A stretch of 64,000 nucleotides of DNA from Flavobacteriales bacterium (GCA_041391825.1 JAWKNF010000008.1:36943-100942), one strand, 5' to 3'. Shown: positions 52,694 through 63,333, counted from the first letter of the stretch. The notes: generated by a model from the letters alone, not told the origin. Numbers and translations are program-made.

Positions 52694-54460
52694 TCAAATG
52701 ATCAAGCGCACACCGCCGAGGTCCGCAACGCGGTACGGGAAGCGATCGCCCGGCGAGCCGATGAACATGAAGTTGGTGGGGATCCTCCACTCCGCGCTCA
52801 GGCGTTCCACCAGTTCAGGACCGAATGTCCCTTGCAGTTGGATGAATTCCACATGGAGCTCCGGGTACGCGCGGTCCAGCACGTTCAGGTCGGAAAGGAA
52901 GCTCGCTGACACGGATCCACCTTCCTTCAGCACGGTGACGATGCGCAACTTCGCTGTGATCTCGTTCTCGGTCACGTAGATCATGACCTGGTTCAGGACG
53001 GCGATGTCATCGCCTTTGGTGAAGAAGATGAATTCCTGCTCCTTGAGCTGACGGATCACGCGCGAAAGGCGCATCCGGCTGAATTTGGCCAGCGCCTGCA
53101 TGGAATCCAGGAAGCTCGAGACCACCACCACGAGGTATTCGAGGATGACATTGCGTTTCAGGAAGAGGTAGATCACCAGGATCGTGGGGATGAAATACTG
53201 GAGGAACACGACCAAGTGTTCGGGATGGAGCTTGACATTGCCGTACAGGGCTGTGACCACCGCCACCAGGGCCAGGAACACCACGAAGGGTGTGGCCGAT
53301 TCGGGGCGTGGCAGACGTGCCCGTTTGATCTTCAGGAGGAAATTCCCGAAGGCGAAGAAGGCCATCACGATGAGGAAGGAAATGGTGTACACCCCTGCCA
53401 GTGCGCCGAGTTCGCCGGCGGTGATGAACAACACCGAGATGCACAAGGCATAGAACACGATGAGGATGCGTGGCGAGCTTCCGCGCTTGTTCTCTTTCAG
53501 CAGGAATTGCGGCAGCACGCGGTCCAGGGTCATGCGCTTGATCAGGCCGCTGACGCCCACGAAACTGGTGAGTACGGCACCGCAGAGCACCAGCACGGCA
53601 TCCACCGAGATCAGTGTGCCGAGCCAAGCCCCGCCGACCTCCATGCCCATGAAGGAGAGCAATGCCTCGCGATGTTCGCCCACCTGCGCGATGGGGATCA
53701 CCATGATGGCCAGCAGGGCCATGAGCGGGTTGATGATCGTAACGGCCAACCACATGTTGCGGAGGGTGAGGCGGAAGACACCGGGTGCCTGTTCCTCCAC
53801 GAAGTTGGCCGAGCTCTCGAAGCCGCTCACGCCGAGCATCGCCGTACTGAAGCCGAAGAAAATGGCCGCCGCCATTCCGCCAGCGGGCAGTGGGGAGGAG
53901 AAGTTCAGCGCACCGACCTCCAGTCCGTTCATGGCAACGTACAGGCCCCCGCCGATGATCAGGATGGCCATGCTGGAAAGGTGCACGATGAAGATGACCA
54001 CGGCCACAACGGACGATTCGCCGATGCCCGCCATGGTGAGCATGAGAAAGAGCGAGAGCACCACCACCGTGGCGATCATTACAGGGAGCGAGGGCACCAG
54101 GTGGTTCAGGTAGTGCATGGCCTCATTGCCACTGATCACCGCCGTGGCCATGTAGCTGAGGATGGTAAGACAGGCAGCTACACTGGCGTTGGTCTTGTTC
54201 GTTGTGTTCAGCAGCACGTTGTAGGCACCACCGTTCAACGGGAGCGCGCCCACCACTTCGCCATAGATCTTCCGGTAGAGGAACAGCACGCCGGCCACGA
54301 GCAAAAGCGCGACGAAAGCCCAAGGCCCGGCGTACCCGATGGTGAGCGCGCTCACATAGAGACAGCTGCTGGTGATGTCATTACCGCAGATGGCCGTGGC
54401 GGCCAGCTGTCCCAGTTTCTTCGGGTGGTGCTTATGAGGGCTGAGGGATGATGTGGACAT
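52694..54460 (-). CDS. APC-superfamily amino acid/polyamine permease with a roughly 170-aa C-terminal soluble domain.
   Basis: Twelve TM helices starting MSTSSLSPHKHHPKKLGQLAATAICGNDITSS. The first 46 codons of the ORF overlap mscS and are not protein-like, so the start was set at the internal Met. Confidence 0.75.
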   Translation of the reverse strand: MSTSSLSPHKHHPKKLGQLAATAICGNDITSSCLYVSALTIGYAGPWAFVALLLVAGVLFLYRKIYGEVVGALPLNGGAYNVLLNTTNKTNASVAACLTILSYMATAVISGNEAMHYLNHLVPSLPVMIATVVVLSLFLMLTMAGIGESSVVAVVIFIVHLSSMAILIIGGGLYVAMNGLEVGALNFSSPLPAGGMAAAIFFGFSTAMLGVSGFESSANFVEEQAPGVFRLTLRNMWLAVTIINPLMALLAIMVIPIAQVGEHREALLSFMGMEVGGAWLGTLISVDAVLVLCGAVLTSFVGVSGLIKRMTLDRVLPQFLLKENKRGSSPRILIVFYALCISVLFITAGELGALAGVYTISFLIVMAFFAFGNFLLKIKRARLPRPESATPFVVFLALVAVVTALYGNVKLHPEHLVVFLQYFIPTILVIYLFLKRNVILEYLVVVVSSFLDSMQALAKFSRMRLSRVIRQLKEQEFIFFTKGDDIAVLNQVMIYVTENEITAKLRIVTVLKEGGSVSASFLSDLNVLDRAYPELHVEFIQLQGTFGPELVERLSAEWRIPTNFMFIGSPGDRFPYRVADLGGVRLII

Positions 54461-55268
54461 CGCGCTGTGGGTAGGGTATCTGGATACCTGCCTCGCGGAA
54501 GCGTTCGCGGATGGCGAAGCGGATCTCGCTCTTGGTCTGTTCGATGCTGAAGATATTGCGGCTCCAGAAGAGGATCTCGAAGTCCAGCGAGCTATCACCG
54601 AAATTGATGAGCCGTGTGACCACGGGGTGTTCCGGGTCGTTGGTGATCACCATGGGGTGGGACAATGCGCAAGCATCGAGGATCCGCTGCACGGTGCGCT
54701 CATCCGATCCATAGGCCACCCCCACGTTCAACCGGAACCGCGTTTCCAATGAGTTATGCGACCAGTTCACCACGTTCTCGTTGATGAAGCGATGATTGGG
54801 GACGATCACGTTCATTCCATCGCGGGAATACACGGTGGATGTCCGCAGGTTGATGGTCGTAACGCGACCCACTAGACCTTCGACCTCCAGCACGTCGCCC
54901 ACGCGAATGGTGCCTTCAGCAAGGATGATGATCCCCGACACCACATCATTGAAGGTCTGCTGTAGACCCAAGCCAAGACCGACGAGCAATGCGGCCGACC
55001 CGGCGATGAGAAAAGTGATGTTGAAGCCGAGCAGTTCCAGGCAGGTCACCAACACGCCCACCCACACGCAGTACTTCAGGAGCAGGAATGCGGAGTGCAG
55101 ACGGGAGGCTTGATCCGGATGCGCTCGCGCCCGGTGGTCCAGGATCCCTCGAACAACGCGTAGGAGGATCATTGCCGCCAACAGGACCAGCAAGGCGTAG
55201 AACGCGCTTCCGAAGGTGACCGTATGGTCTCCCAGTTTCACCAGGGTCTCGTTGAGCAATGCACGCAT
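54432..55268 (-). CDS. Small-conductance mechanosensitive channel (MscS family).
   Basis: Three TM helices followed by the conserved beta-domain (...GDVLEVEGLVGRVTTINLRTSTVYSRDGMNVIVPNHRFINENVVNWS...). Confidence 0.8.
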   Translation of the reverse strand: MRALLNETLVKLGDHTVTFGSAFYALLVLLAAMILLRVVRGILDHRARAHPDQASRLHSAFLLLKYCVWVGVLVTCLELLGFNITFLIAGSAALLVGLGLGLQQTFNDVVSGIIILAEGTIRVGDVLEVEGLVGRVTTINLRTSTVYSRDGMNVIVPNHRFINENVVNWSHNSLETRFRLNVGVAYGSDERTVQRILDACALSHPMVITNDPEHPVVTRLINFGDSSLDFEILFWSRNIFSIEQTKSEIRFAIRERFREAGIQIPYPQRDVHIIPQPS

Positions 55269-55450
55269 GGAAGCAATTCCGGACAGGTATGGGTAGGCCC
55301 TGCGGGAACGTCGTAAAGCTAGGGCACTGTGGTAAGGGAACCAGTGAGCAACGTGGAAGGTGGTTCCCGCGTGGCGGTTGACAAAGAATGATGAACGTGG
55401 ATCGCTAAGGCCGGTTCCTTCCCATCTTCGTACCCTTACTCGTCGAGACC

Positions 55451-56800
55451 ATGACGCTGGATCAGATCCTGAACTACTTGCGCCTGGGTCCGGATGCGGA
55501 GGATCCGCACTTGGCCATGGAGTCCATCGAGAAGGGGGTGGTGTTCCGGGGTACCAATCTGCTGATCCTGGTGTTCGCCATCCTCATCGCCTCGGTGGGT
55601 CTGAATGTCAATTCGACCGCTGTCGTGATCGGTGCCATGCTGATATCGCCGCTGATGGGTCCCATCGTGGGTGTCGGTGCCGGCATGGGGGTGATGGACC
55701 TCTCCTTGGTCCGAAGGGCATTGAAGAACCTGGGTTTCGCGGTGGGCGCAAGTTTGATCACCTCCACCTTGTACTTCCTCATCAGCCCTCTGGGCGATGC
55801 CTATTCGGAGATCTTGGCGCGTACGTCACCGACGATCTGGGATGTGCTCATCGCCACAGCTGGTGGTTTCGCGGGTATCATCGCCACAGCGAGCAAGGAG
55901 CGGACCAGAGGGAATGTGGTGCCCGGTGTGGCCATCGCTACGGCGCTCATGCCACCGTTATGCACTGCCGGTTATGGCCTTGCCCATTTGAATTGGTCCT
56001 TCTTCATCGGTGCACTATACCTCTTCCTCATCAATTCGGTGTTCATCAGCATCTCGGCCCTTTTCACGGTTCGTTGGTTGGGCTACCCGACCAAGGTCAT
56101 GGAGGATGAACGGATGAGAACACGGATCCGGAGATTCACGACGATGATCGTTTTCGTGACCGTGGCCCCCAGCGTGTTCATGGCCTACCGGCTTGTGCGC
56201 CAGAATGCCTTTTTGAACAATGCCAGCAAGTTCGTGGCGAACGAGACCACCGTTCCCGAGAATTTTCTGGTGGACCATTCCATCGATGCACCGGTGCGAA
56301 AGATCACATTGGTGTATATGGGCAATGGTATACCTGCCGAAAAGGAGGCGGAAATGCGAGCGCGCCTCGCTTCGTACAGCATTCCCAATGCGATGTTGGA
56401 GATACGGACCGGACTATCGCTCTCGGAATTGGGAAGCAAGCAACGGATGGTGAACGAAGGCCTCCAGCGCCAAGTGGATGAAGGTCGTGCGGTCATGGCG
56501 CGCCTATCCTCCTTGAACGACAGTCTCGCTTCCGCTAAGCTTCAACGGGATAGGCTCTTGGATGAAGCTCGGGCCGAGCATCCGGGGCTGCATTGGCTGG
56601 TGGTCAATGATCTTCCGCGTAACGCCCTAGGTGCCGATACGTTGGATAAGGTAGTGACGGCACATTTCACGAGTGTGCCGGACAGCGCAGAACTGCGGCG
56701 CTTGGAGCGGTGGCTCTTGGTCAAGCTGGACGGGAGCCGCCACACGCTTGCGGTGACCAGCGAAGAGCCGCAGGTCACCGCATCGCGCGAGCGCCGCTGA
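55451..56800 (+). CDS. DUF389 (TIGR00341) family membrane protein.
   Basis: Characteristic repeated hydrophobic pairs with the LISPLMGPIVG and LMPPLCTAGYGLA motifs. Confidence 0.7.
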   Translation: MTLDQILNYLRLGPDAEDPHLAMESIEKGVVFRGTNLLILVFAILIASVGLNVNSTAVVIGAMLISPLMGPIVGVGAGMGVMDLSLVRRALKNLGFAVGASLITSTLYFLISPLGDAYSEILARTSPTIWDVLIATAGGFAGIIATASKERTRGNVVPGVAIATALMPPLCTAGYGLAHLNWSFFIGALYLFLINSVFISISALFTVRWLGYPTKVMEDERMRTRIRRFTTMIVFVTVAPSVFMAYRLVRQNAFLNNASKFVANETTVPENFLVDHSIDAPVRKITLVYMGNGIPAEKEAEMRARLASYSIPNAMLEIRTGLSLSELGSKQRMVNEGLQRQVDEGRAVMARLSSLNDSLASAKLQRDRLLDEARAEHPGLHWLVVNDLPRNALGADTLDKVVTAHFTSVPDSAELRRLERWLLVKLDGSRHTLAVTSEEPQVTASRERR

Positions 56801-56857
56801 AGGCGGCATCCCAACAACGGTACCTTTGCAAGCGGTCACTTGATCGAGGACCCTGTC

Positions 56858-58393
56858 ATGAGCAAGAAAAAGAAAGAGACCGCGAAGAAGGTGGAGGTGC
56901 GTCCATTGGAAATGGCCACCTACGAGGATTTCGTTGAGGCGATGAAAGCGGCTTATCCGGACATGAGCGGAGTGCTGTGGAGGAAGGCCACGATCCAGAA
57001 GCTGATCGCCATGTTCCCCGAAGGCCAACTCGGGGTGTTCGTCAGTGGTAAGTTGGCGGGTTGCGCGCTATCGATCATCGTGGATATCGAGAAGATCGGT
57101 CTGGACCATGACTACATGAAGGTCACCGGCGCGTACTCCTTCAATACCCACGATCCGGCTGGAAATACGCTTTACGGCATCGAGGTGTTCGTGCACCCGG
57201 AGTTCCGGGGCATGCGCTTGGGCCGGCGCTTGTACGAGGCACGCAAGGAACTGTGCGAACAGATGAACTTGCGTTCGGTGATGTTCGGCGGACGGATACC
57301 GAACTACCACAAATACGCGGCCAAGATGAGCCCGAAGGAATACATCCGGAAGGTGCGCGAGAAGGAGATCTATGATCCGGTCCTGTCCTTCCAGATCTCC
57401 AATGAATTCCACGTCATGAAGCTCCTGAAAGGCTACATGCCGGAGGACACGGGGTCATTGGAGTACGCCACGTTGATGGAGTGGGACAACATCTACCACA
57501 ACGAGGACAACTACGGCAGGAGTTGGGAGCGGAACGTGCGTCTTGGGCTGATCCAATGGCAAATGCGTTCCTACAAGGACAGGGACGAATTGTTCGATCA
57601 ATTGGACTACTTCCTGGAGGTGGTGAGCGGCTACAACAGCGACTTCGCGGTGCTGCCGGAGTTCTTCAATGCGCCCTTGATGGCGGCGTACAATGATAGG
57701 AGCGAGGCAGAGGCCATTCGTTGCTTGGCCGAACACACCGATGCGATCCGTGATCACCTGGTGGCCCGGGCCGTGAAGTACAATGTGAACGTTGTTTCCG
57801 GTAGCATGCCCATGATCGATGATGGGAAACTGTACAACGTCGGCTTTCTCTGCCGTCGGGATGGCACTTGGGAGCGTTACGAGAAGATCCACATCACACC
57901 GAACGAGCGGGGTGCATGGGGCATACAAGGTGGCCGTGAGGTGAAGGTGTTCGACACCGATTGCGGACGCGTCGGGGTCCTGATCTGCTACGATTGCGAA
58001 TTTCCCGAACTCGTGCGGATCATGGCGTTGAAAGGGATGCAGATCCTTTTCGTGCCCTTCCATACGGATACACAGACGGCCTTCTCACGCGTGCGGCACT
58101 GTGCGCAGGCGCGCGCCATCGAGAACGAATGCTTCGTGGCGATCGCCGGTAGCGTGGGCAACCTGCCTCGGGTGAGCAACATGGACATCCAGTTCGCGCA
58201 GAGCGCCGTGTTCACACCATGCGACCATGCATTCCCTTCCACCGGTATCAAAGGCGAAGCGACCACGAACACGGAAATGGTATTGGTGGTCGATGTGGAC
58301 CTGAGCCTCTTGAAGGACCTGCACCACAACGGCAGCGTACAGAACCTGAAGGACAGGCGGCCGGATCTTTACCGGCTCGAACTGGTCACGTGA
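56858..58393 (+). CDS. Bifunctional N-terminal GNAT acetyltransferase / C-terminal carbon-nitrogen hydrolase (nitrilase superfamily).
   Basis: GNAT motif VFVHPEFRGMRLGRRLYEA. CN-hydrolase catalytic triad context: E (AVLPEFFNAP), K (YEKIHI), C (GVLICYDCEFPE). Confidence 0.8.
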   Translation: MSKKKKETAKKVEVRPLEMATYEDFVEAMKAAYPDMSGVLWRKATIQKLIAMFPEGQLGVFVSGKLAGCALSIIVDIEKIGLDHDYMKVTGAYSFNTHDPAGNTLYGIEVFVHPEFRGMRLGRRLYEARKELCEQMNLRSVMFGGRIPNYHKYAAKMSPKEYIRKVREKEIYDPVLSFQISNEFHVMKLLKGYMPEDTGSLEYATLMEWDNIYHNEDNYGRSWERNVRLGLIQWQMRSYKDRDELFDQLDYFLEVVSGYNSDFAVLPEFFNAPLMAAYNDRSEAEAIRCLAEHTDAIRDHLVARAVKYNVNVVSGSMPMIDDGKLYNVGFLCRRDGTWERYEKIHITPNERGAWGIQGGREVKVFDTDCGRVGVLICYDCEFPELVRIMALKGMQILFVPFHTDTQTAFSRVRHCAQARAIENECFVAIAGSVGNLPRVSNMDIQFAQSAVFTPCDHAFPSTGIKGEATTNTEMVLVVDVDLSLLKDLHHNGSVQNLKDRRPDLYRLELVT

Positions 58394-59618
58394 TCTGCTC
58401 GGGTGGAAGGGTGCCCACGTCGATCGGTCCATCTTCCTCCGGACCCTTTATCAAGGGCCTGTCACCGAGAAGGCCGAAAGCCATGATCAAGCAGGTGCCC
58501 AGCACCATCAGGAACAACAGTCCAAGGCCGACGCCCGGCATCTTCAGTTCCGGGGGTAGTGAGAAGTAGAGCAGGATACTGATCAACCCACGCGGGGTCA
58601 CGTACACCAACGGTCGGAGGTCCATGCGCAGGACGGCCTTCAAGAACAGCGCACGCACCACATAGGTCGCTGCGAGCAGGATCATACCGACAAGGATGAC
58701 GGTCCGGTCGGCGAGTTGCATCAGGATCACGGTGTAGCCGAAGACCACGAAGAAGAAGGTGCGGATCAGGAACGCACTTTCACCGGAAAGGGAATGGAAC
58801 TGTTCCAGGTCCCGTTTGAAGTCCGGATAAATGAAGCGTTTCTTGAACCATTCGAACGGCAGCTGTTCCGCGTTGGCCAGGAACATGCCGAAGGCCAACA
58901 CCACCACCAGTGAGGAAAGGTGGAACTGCTTGCCCACCGCGTACACGAGCACAAGGATCGCCATGATCAGGAAGAACTTCACCTTGTGCTTGATCCGCCC
59001 AAGGATCCACAGCAGCGCCATGGAGAAGAGGGCGCTCAGGATCAACACGCTCAGGATCTCCCCGCCCAATCGGCTGAATGCCCCGAGACCGAAGCTGTCA
59101 TTGCTTACGATGAAATTGAAGAACACGATGCCGAGGATGTCCGAGAATGACGACTCGTACACGACGAACTCCTTCCGCTCCATGGGTTGCCCGGAAACCG
59201 AAGGGATCGCCACGGCACTGCTGATCACGCTGAGAGGTATGGCATTCGCCACGCATATGATCCACTCCGTTCCTGTGATGTAGTGCAAAAGGCCGGCGAT
59301 GGCAGCGCTCGTGATCAGCAGAATGAGCAACGCGGATAGGAAAGCCTTACCGATGATGGTGCGTTTCTCGGGTCTGTATTCCAGGTCCAAGGCCCCTTCC
59401 AACACGATCAGGATCAGGCCCACGTTCCCTAGTGTCGGAAGGATCAACTGCATGTCCATGACCCGGAAGCTCCATGCATCCGCGATCACGCGTAGGACGA
59501 TACCGAGACCGAGAAGCAGCAGCACGGCCGGCACGCTCGTCCGCCTCGCGAACAGGTCGAAGAGGTAGCTGAAGATGACCAGCCCACTGAGGAAGATGAG
59601 GATGCTATAGGTATCCAT
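58386..59618 (-). CDS. Cation:proton antiporter (CPA/Na+-H+ exchanger family).
   Basis: Eleven to twelve TM helices. Start chosen at MDTYSILIFLSGLVIF. Confidence 0.7.
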   Translation of the reverse strand: MDTYSILIFLSGLVIFSYLFDLFARRTSVPAVLLLLGLGIVLRVIADAWSFRVMDMQLILPTLGNVGLILIVLEGALDLEYRPEKRTIIGKAFLSALLILLITSAAIAGLLHYITGTEWIICVANAIPLSVISSAVAIPSVSGQPMERKEFVVYESSFSDILGIVFFNFIVSNDSFGLGAFSRLGGEILSVLILSALFSMALLWILGRIKHKVKFFLIMAILVLVYAVGKQFHLSSLVVVLAFGMFLANAEQLPFEWFKKRFIYPDFKRDLEQFHSLSGESAFLIRTFFFVVFGYTVILMQLADRTVILVGMILLAATYVVRALFLKAVLRMDLRPLVYVTPRGLISILLYFSLPPELKMPGVGLGLLFLMVLGTCLIMAFGLLGDRPLIKGPEEDGPIDVGTLPPEQIT

Positions 59619-59752
59619 GTCCGGATGCCGAAGATGCGGAGAATGTTCGAGGATGTGGCCCGGGCCTGCGCGGTCGGCGTTCCAGCGAACACGGGAACCT
59701 GGCATCGACCAATGGTCATGGTCTGTCCAGGTCCGTCGGTGCTGAGCTCAGC

Positions 59753-61915
59753 CTACTTCACCGGATAGGTCGGTGTGAAGCCCACGTTGTGGAAGAAGAA
59801 GGCCCACTTATCGGCCTGCTGCTCAATGATCATGCTGGTCGGCATCCCCGCACCGTGTCCGGCCTGTGTCTGAACACGTATCAATACCGGATCATCGCCT
59901 TGTTGTGCGGGTTGCAGGGTGCTGATGAACTTGAAGCTATGCGCGGGCACCACCCGATCATCGTGGTCAGCGGTCATCACCATCGTTGCCGGATACTTCG
60001 CCGGCTTGATGTTGTGCAAGGGCGAGTAGGCCATGAGGTAGTCGAGTTCCTCCTTGCTGTTGTCGGCATTTCCATATTCGGGCACCCAACCGAAGCCGGC
60101 CGTGAATTTCTGGTAGCGCAGCATGTCCAATACGCCCACCTCCGGGAAGCATACGCCGAACAGCTCCGGACGCTGCGTCATGACCGCACCGATCAATAGA
60201 CCGCCGTTGCTGCCTCCGTTCACGCCGAGATGATCACGGTCGGTCCATTTCATGGCGACGAGGTATTCCGCCGCTGCGATGAAATCGTCGAACACGTTCT
60301 GTTTCTTCTCCTTCATGCCTGCACGGTGCCAGTCCTCGCCGTATTCACCACCTCCGCGCAGGTTGGCCAATGCGAACACACCACCCTGTTCCAGGAGCAG
60401 CATGCGGCTGGTGCTGAAGCTGGGGGAGAGGCTGACGTTGAATCCACCATAAGCATACAGCAGCGTCGGGTTCTTGCCGTTCGGGGTAACGTCCTTCCGG
60501 TGTACGATGAACATGGGCACCTTGGTGCCGTCCTTGCTCGGGTAGAACACCTGTTCGGTCGTGTACTGCTCCGGGTCGAACTTCAACTCCGGACGATAGA
60601 AGACCTCACTGGCACCCGTGGCGTAGTCGTACTTGAAGATCGTGCCGGGATCGGTGAAGCTTGTGAAGCTGTAGAAACCGAATGTTGCATCGCGCTTTCC
60701 GCCGAAGCCGCCGGCACTTCCGAAACCGTCACCGGGCAACTCGATGAGCTGTTCCCCGGTACCATCCATGTTGAAGCGGATGATGCGCGTCGTTGCATCC
60801 TTCAGGTAGCTGGCGAAGAGGTTGCCGCCGCCCGAGCTTACGCCTTCCAGAAGCTCTTTCCGTTCGGGTATCACGTCCTTCCAATTCTCTTTGGCCGGGG
60901 CCTTCGGGTCCACTTCCACCAAGCGGTAGTTCGGTGCATCCACCTCGGTCATCACCAGGAATTTCCCGGTGGCGGGTACGTAGTCCGTGATGCTCGTCTT
61001 GTGCTCGAAGCCCTGTTGCAAGGGGATCCATTTTGTGGTCGGGGTGGGGATGCCGCCTGAGCGTAGGTCGTGGAAATACATCTCGAAGCCATCGGTCCCG
61101 GTGCTCACGTACAGAGTGGCGTATTCCTCGCCTTCGGTGACGCCTGCACCGACGTAGAGATCGCCGTTCACCTTGTTCTCCCACACGAGCACATCCTTGT
61201 CCTGTGGGTCGCCCAACTTGTGGTAGTAGACCTTTTGGAATTTGCTGGCAGCGCTCAATTCGGTGCCTTTCGTCGGCGCTGGGTAGCGACTGTAGAAGAA
61301 GCCGTCCTTGTACCACGCCACACCGCTGAACTTCGCCCACTTCATCACATCGGGCAGTTGTTTCATGGTGCTCAGGTCCCACACGGTGATGTCCTGCCAG
61401 TCGCTGCCGGCCTTTTGCACGCTTACGGCCATGTATCGGTCGTCGGTACTGGCACCCATGAGACCGAAGGTGGTGGTGCCTTCCGGGTCGATCGCGTTCG
61501 GGTCGATGAAGACCTGGTCCTCACCGTCCAAGCCCTTGCGGTAGTTGATCACGAACTGGTTCTGCAGCCCGCTGTTCTTGCTGATGAAGTACAGGTCGCC
61601 GACCTTGTAGGGTGCACCCACCTTCGGGAAGTTGTAGAGTTCTTCATAGCGCTTGGCGAGCGCGTCACGGAAGGGGATCTTCTCCAGGTACGTCTGGGTC
61701 ACCGCGTTCTGGGCCTTCACCCATTCCGCCGTCTCCGCACTTGTGTCGTTCTCCAGCCAGCGGTACGGGTCAGCTACGAAGGTGCCGTGCAAGCTGTCTC
61801 CGGCCAGGGTATCCCGGCGGGTCTCTGGGTATTCCATTCGGGTCGTTTCGGTCGGTTCGGTGGTTCCGCAAGCGACGATGAGCAGCAGTGCTGCCAAAGG
61901 GAAGGTCCGCTTCAT
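59753..61915 (-). CDS. Prolyl oligopeptidase (S9A family) lipoprotein.
   Basis: Lipoprotein signal MKRTFPLAALLLIVACG. Beta-propeller N-terminal domain. Catalytic GGSNGGLL (Ser), DHDDRV (Asp) and a His region. Confidence 0.9.
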   Translation of the reverse strand: MKRTFPLAALLLIVACGTTEPTETTRMEYPETRRDTLAGDSLHGTFVADPYRWLENDTSAETAEWVKAQNAVTQTYLEKIPFRDALAKRYEELYNFPKVGAPYKVGDLYFISKNSGLQNQFVINYRKGLDGEDQVFIDPNAIDPEGTTTFGLMGASTDDRYMAVSVQKAGSDWQDITVWDLSTMKQLPDVMKWAKFSGVAWYKDGFFYSRYPAPTKGTELSAASKFQKVYYHKLGDPQDKDVLVWENKVNGDLYVGAGVTEGEEYATLYVSTGTDGFEMYFHDLRSGGIPTPTTKWIPLQQGFEHKTSITDYVPATGKFLVMTEVDAPNYRLVEVDPKAPAKENWKDVIPERKELLEGVSSGGGNLFASYLKDATTRIIRFNMDGTGEQLIELPGDGFGSAGGFGGKRDATFGFYSFTSFTDPGTIFKYDYATGASEVFYRPELKFDPEQYTTEQVFYPSKDGTKVPMFIVHRKDVTPNGKNPTLLYAYGGFNVSLSPSFSTSRMLLLEQGGVFALANLRGGGEYGEDWHRAGMKEKKQNVFDDFIAAAEYLVAMKWTDRDHLGVNGGSNGGLLIGAVMTQRPELFGVCFPEVGVLDMLRYQKFTAGFGWVPEYGNADNSKEELDYLMAYSPLHNIKPAKYPATMVMTADHDDRVVPAHSFKFISTLQPAQQGDDPVLIRVQTQAGHGAGMPTSMIIEQQADKWAFFFHNVGFTPTYPVK

Positions 61916-62016
61916 AATGCATGACGTGCGCCTTGGGGCGAACGGCGCAAAAGTAGCGGACTATCGATCGGGGCCGATGAAAGGTGGGCCGAACGGGGTC
62001 TTTGGCGATCGGCGGT

Positions 62017-63333
62017 TCAAGCGCGCTTGCGCCGTTCTTCGCGGATGCTCTCGAGTTCGTACACGGTGCCGGGCCCGGGAACGAGTTCGATACTGGTGTC
62101 CAACTGACCGGCCAAGGTGCGGATCAGGTCCATCCCCAAGCTCTTCGGTCGATCCCAATTCGTGCGGTCCGGTAGTCCCACGCCATCGTCACCGATGCGC
62201 AGGTGGATGCCACCTTCGTCAGAGCCGTCCAAGTGCACCATGATCGTGCCCTTGCTCCGCCCTTTGAAGGCGTATTTCAGCGAGTTGGAGATGACCTCGT
62301 TGATGATCAATCCCAAGGGGATCAGGGTGTCCACGCTCAAGGTGGGTACGTTGATCCGGATATCAAGGTCCAGCTTGATGTCGATGGTGTAGGCGTAGCA
62401 CAGGTCGCGCGTCAGATGGGCGAGGTAGGCGTTCACGTCGATGTTCGCCAGGTCCTTGCTCAAGTATGTTTGTTCGTGTACAAGGGCCATCGCCGCCACG
62501 CGGTTCACACATTCATTGAACAGTTCCATGGTCGCCGGGTCCTTCACCTGGTCCATCTGGAAGCGGATCAAGCTCTTCACGATCTGAAGATTGTTCTTCA
62601 CCCGGTGGTGGATCTCCTTCAACATGACTTCTTTCTCTTCCTTGCTCAGCATGGTCTCGCGCAACTCTTGATTGGTGCGCTCGAGCTTCATCTTGGCGTG
62701 ATCGAGCTGTTGGCTCCGGAATTCACTTTGTTGGCGAAGGTTATTGCTGACATAGACCAGCCAAGCAAAGACGATCGCGAGCAGACAGGATACGATCAAT
62801 AGGAACTGTGCTTCATCCCAACTGCCGGACAAGCTGCTGGTATGCGCGCCGAGCCCTTGTTCGTGCACGCTTCGCGAGGTCCGATCAACGGCCTTTTGCG
62901 CGCGTTGCAACATGAATTGGAACACCGCTTCGGTCGGGCGCTTGGCGCTCCAAACACCCTGATGCGCCATGGCATCGCGGTGCAAGGAGTCGGTCTGGTG
63001 AAGCAGCACATCGAGGGTGCCGGGCAGCTCGTCCATACCTGGGGACCTGGCATATTTGTCGTCGATCTTGGCAATGCGCTCATGCACCTTTTCAAGTTCA
63101 TTGTGCCAGAGGTACTGTCGCGTACCCACGTCCATGCGATGGGTCAGTCCGAGCTGATGCAGGGCGTCGTTCAGTTGGTTCAATTCATCCAATAGGTGCA
63201 CCTCCCTATCGATCGTGCGCTGCAGGTCGCGGGATCGCGAGACGAGAAGGAGCCCATAGCCGATGAAGGCGGCCATGAGGACGGTGGCCACCATGGGCCA
63301 AGAGCGGAAGAATGTTCGTTTCGAGGTGGGCAT
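62017..63333 (-). CDS. Sensor histidine kinase, HisKA_2/HWE-like type with HATPase_c_2; one N-terminal TM helix and a second TM helix near residue 200.
   Basis: H-box EIHHRVKNNLQIVKSLI. ATPase motifs LIINEVISNSLKYAF, GDDGVGLP, GMDLIRTLAGQL. Confidence 0.8.
   Translation of the reverse strand: MPTSKRTFFRSWPMVATVLMAAFIGYGLLLVSRSRDLQRTIDREVHLLDELNQLNDALHQLGLTHRMDVGTRQYLWHNELEKVHERIAKIDDKYARSPGMDELPGTLDVLLHQTDSLHRDAMAHQGVWSAKRPTEAVFQFMLQRAQKAVDRTSRSVHEQGLGAHTSSLSGSWDEAQFLLIVSCLLAIVFAWLVYVSNNLRQQSEFRSQQLDHAKMKLERTNQELRETMLSKEEKEVMLKEIHHRVKNNLQIVKSLIRFQMDQVKDPATMELFNECVNRVAAMALVHEQTYLSKDLANIDVNAYLAHLTRDLCYAYTIDIKLDLDIRINVPTLSVDTLIPLGLIINEVISNSLKYAFKGRSKGTIMVHLDGSDEGGIHLRIGDDGVGLPDRTNWDRPKSLGMDLIRTLAGQLDTSIELVPGPGTVYELESIREERRKRA

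Noticed and set aside
53216-54451. 411-aa plus-strand ORF (H/E/G/D-rich).
   Set aside because: Antisense to the APC permease; no motifs.
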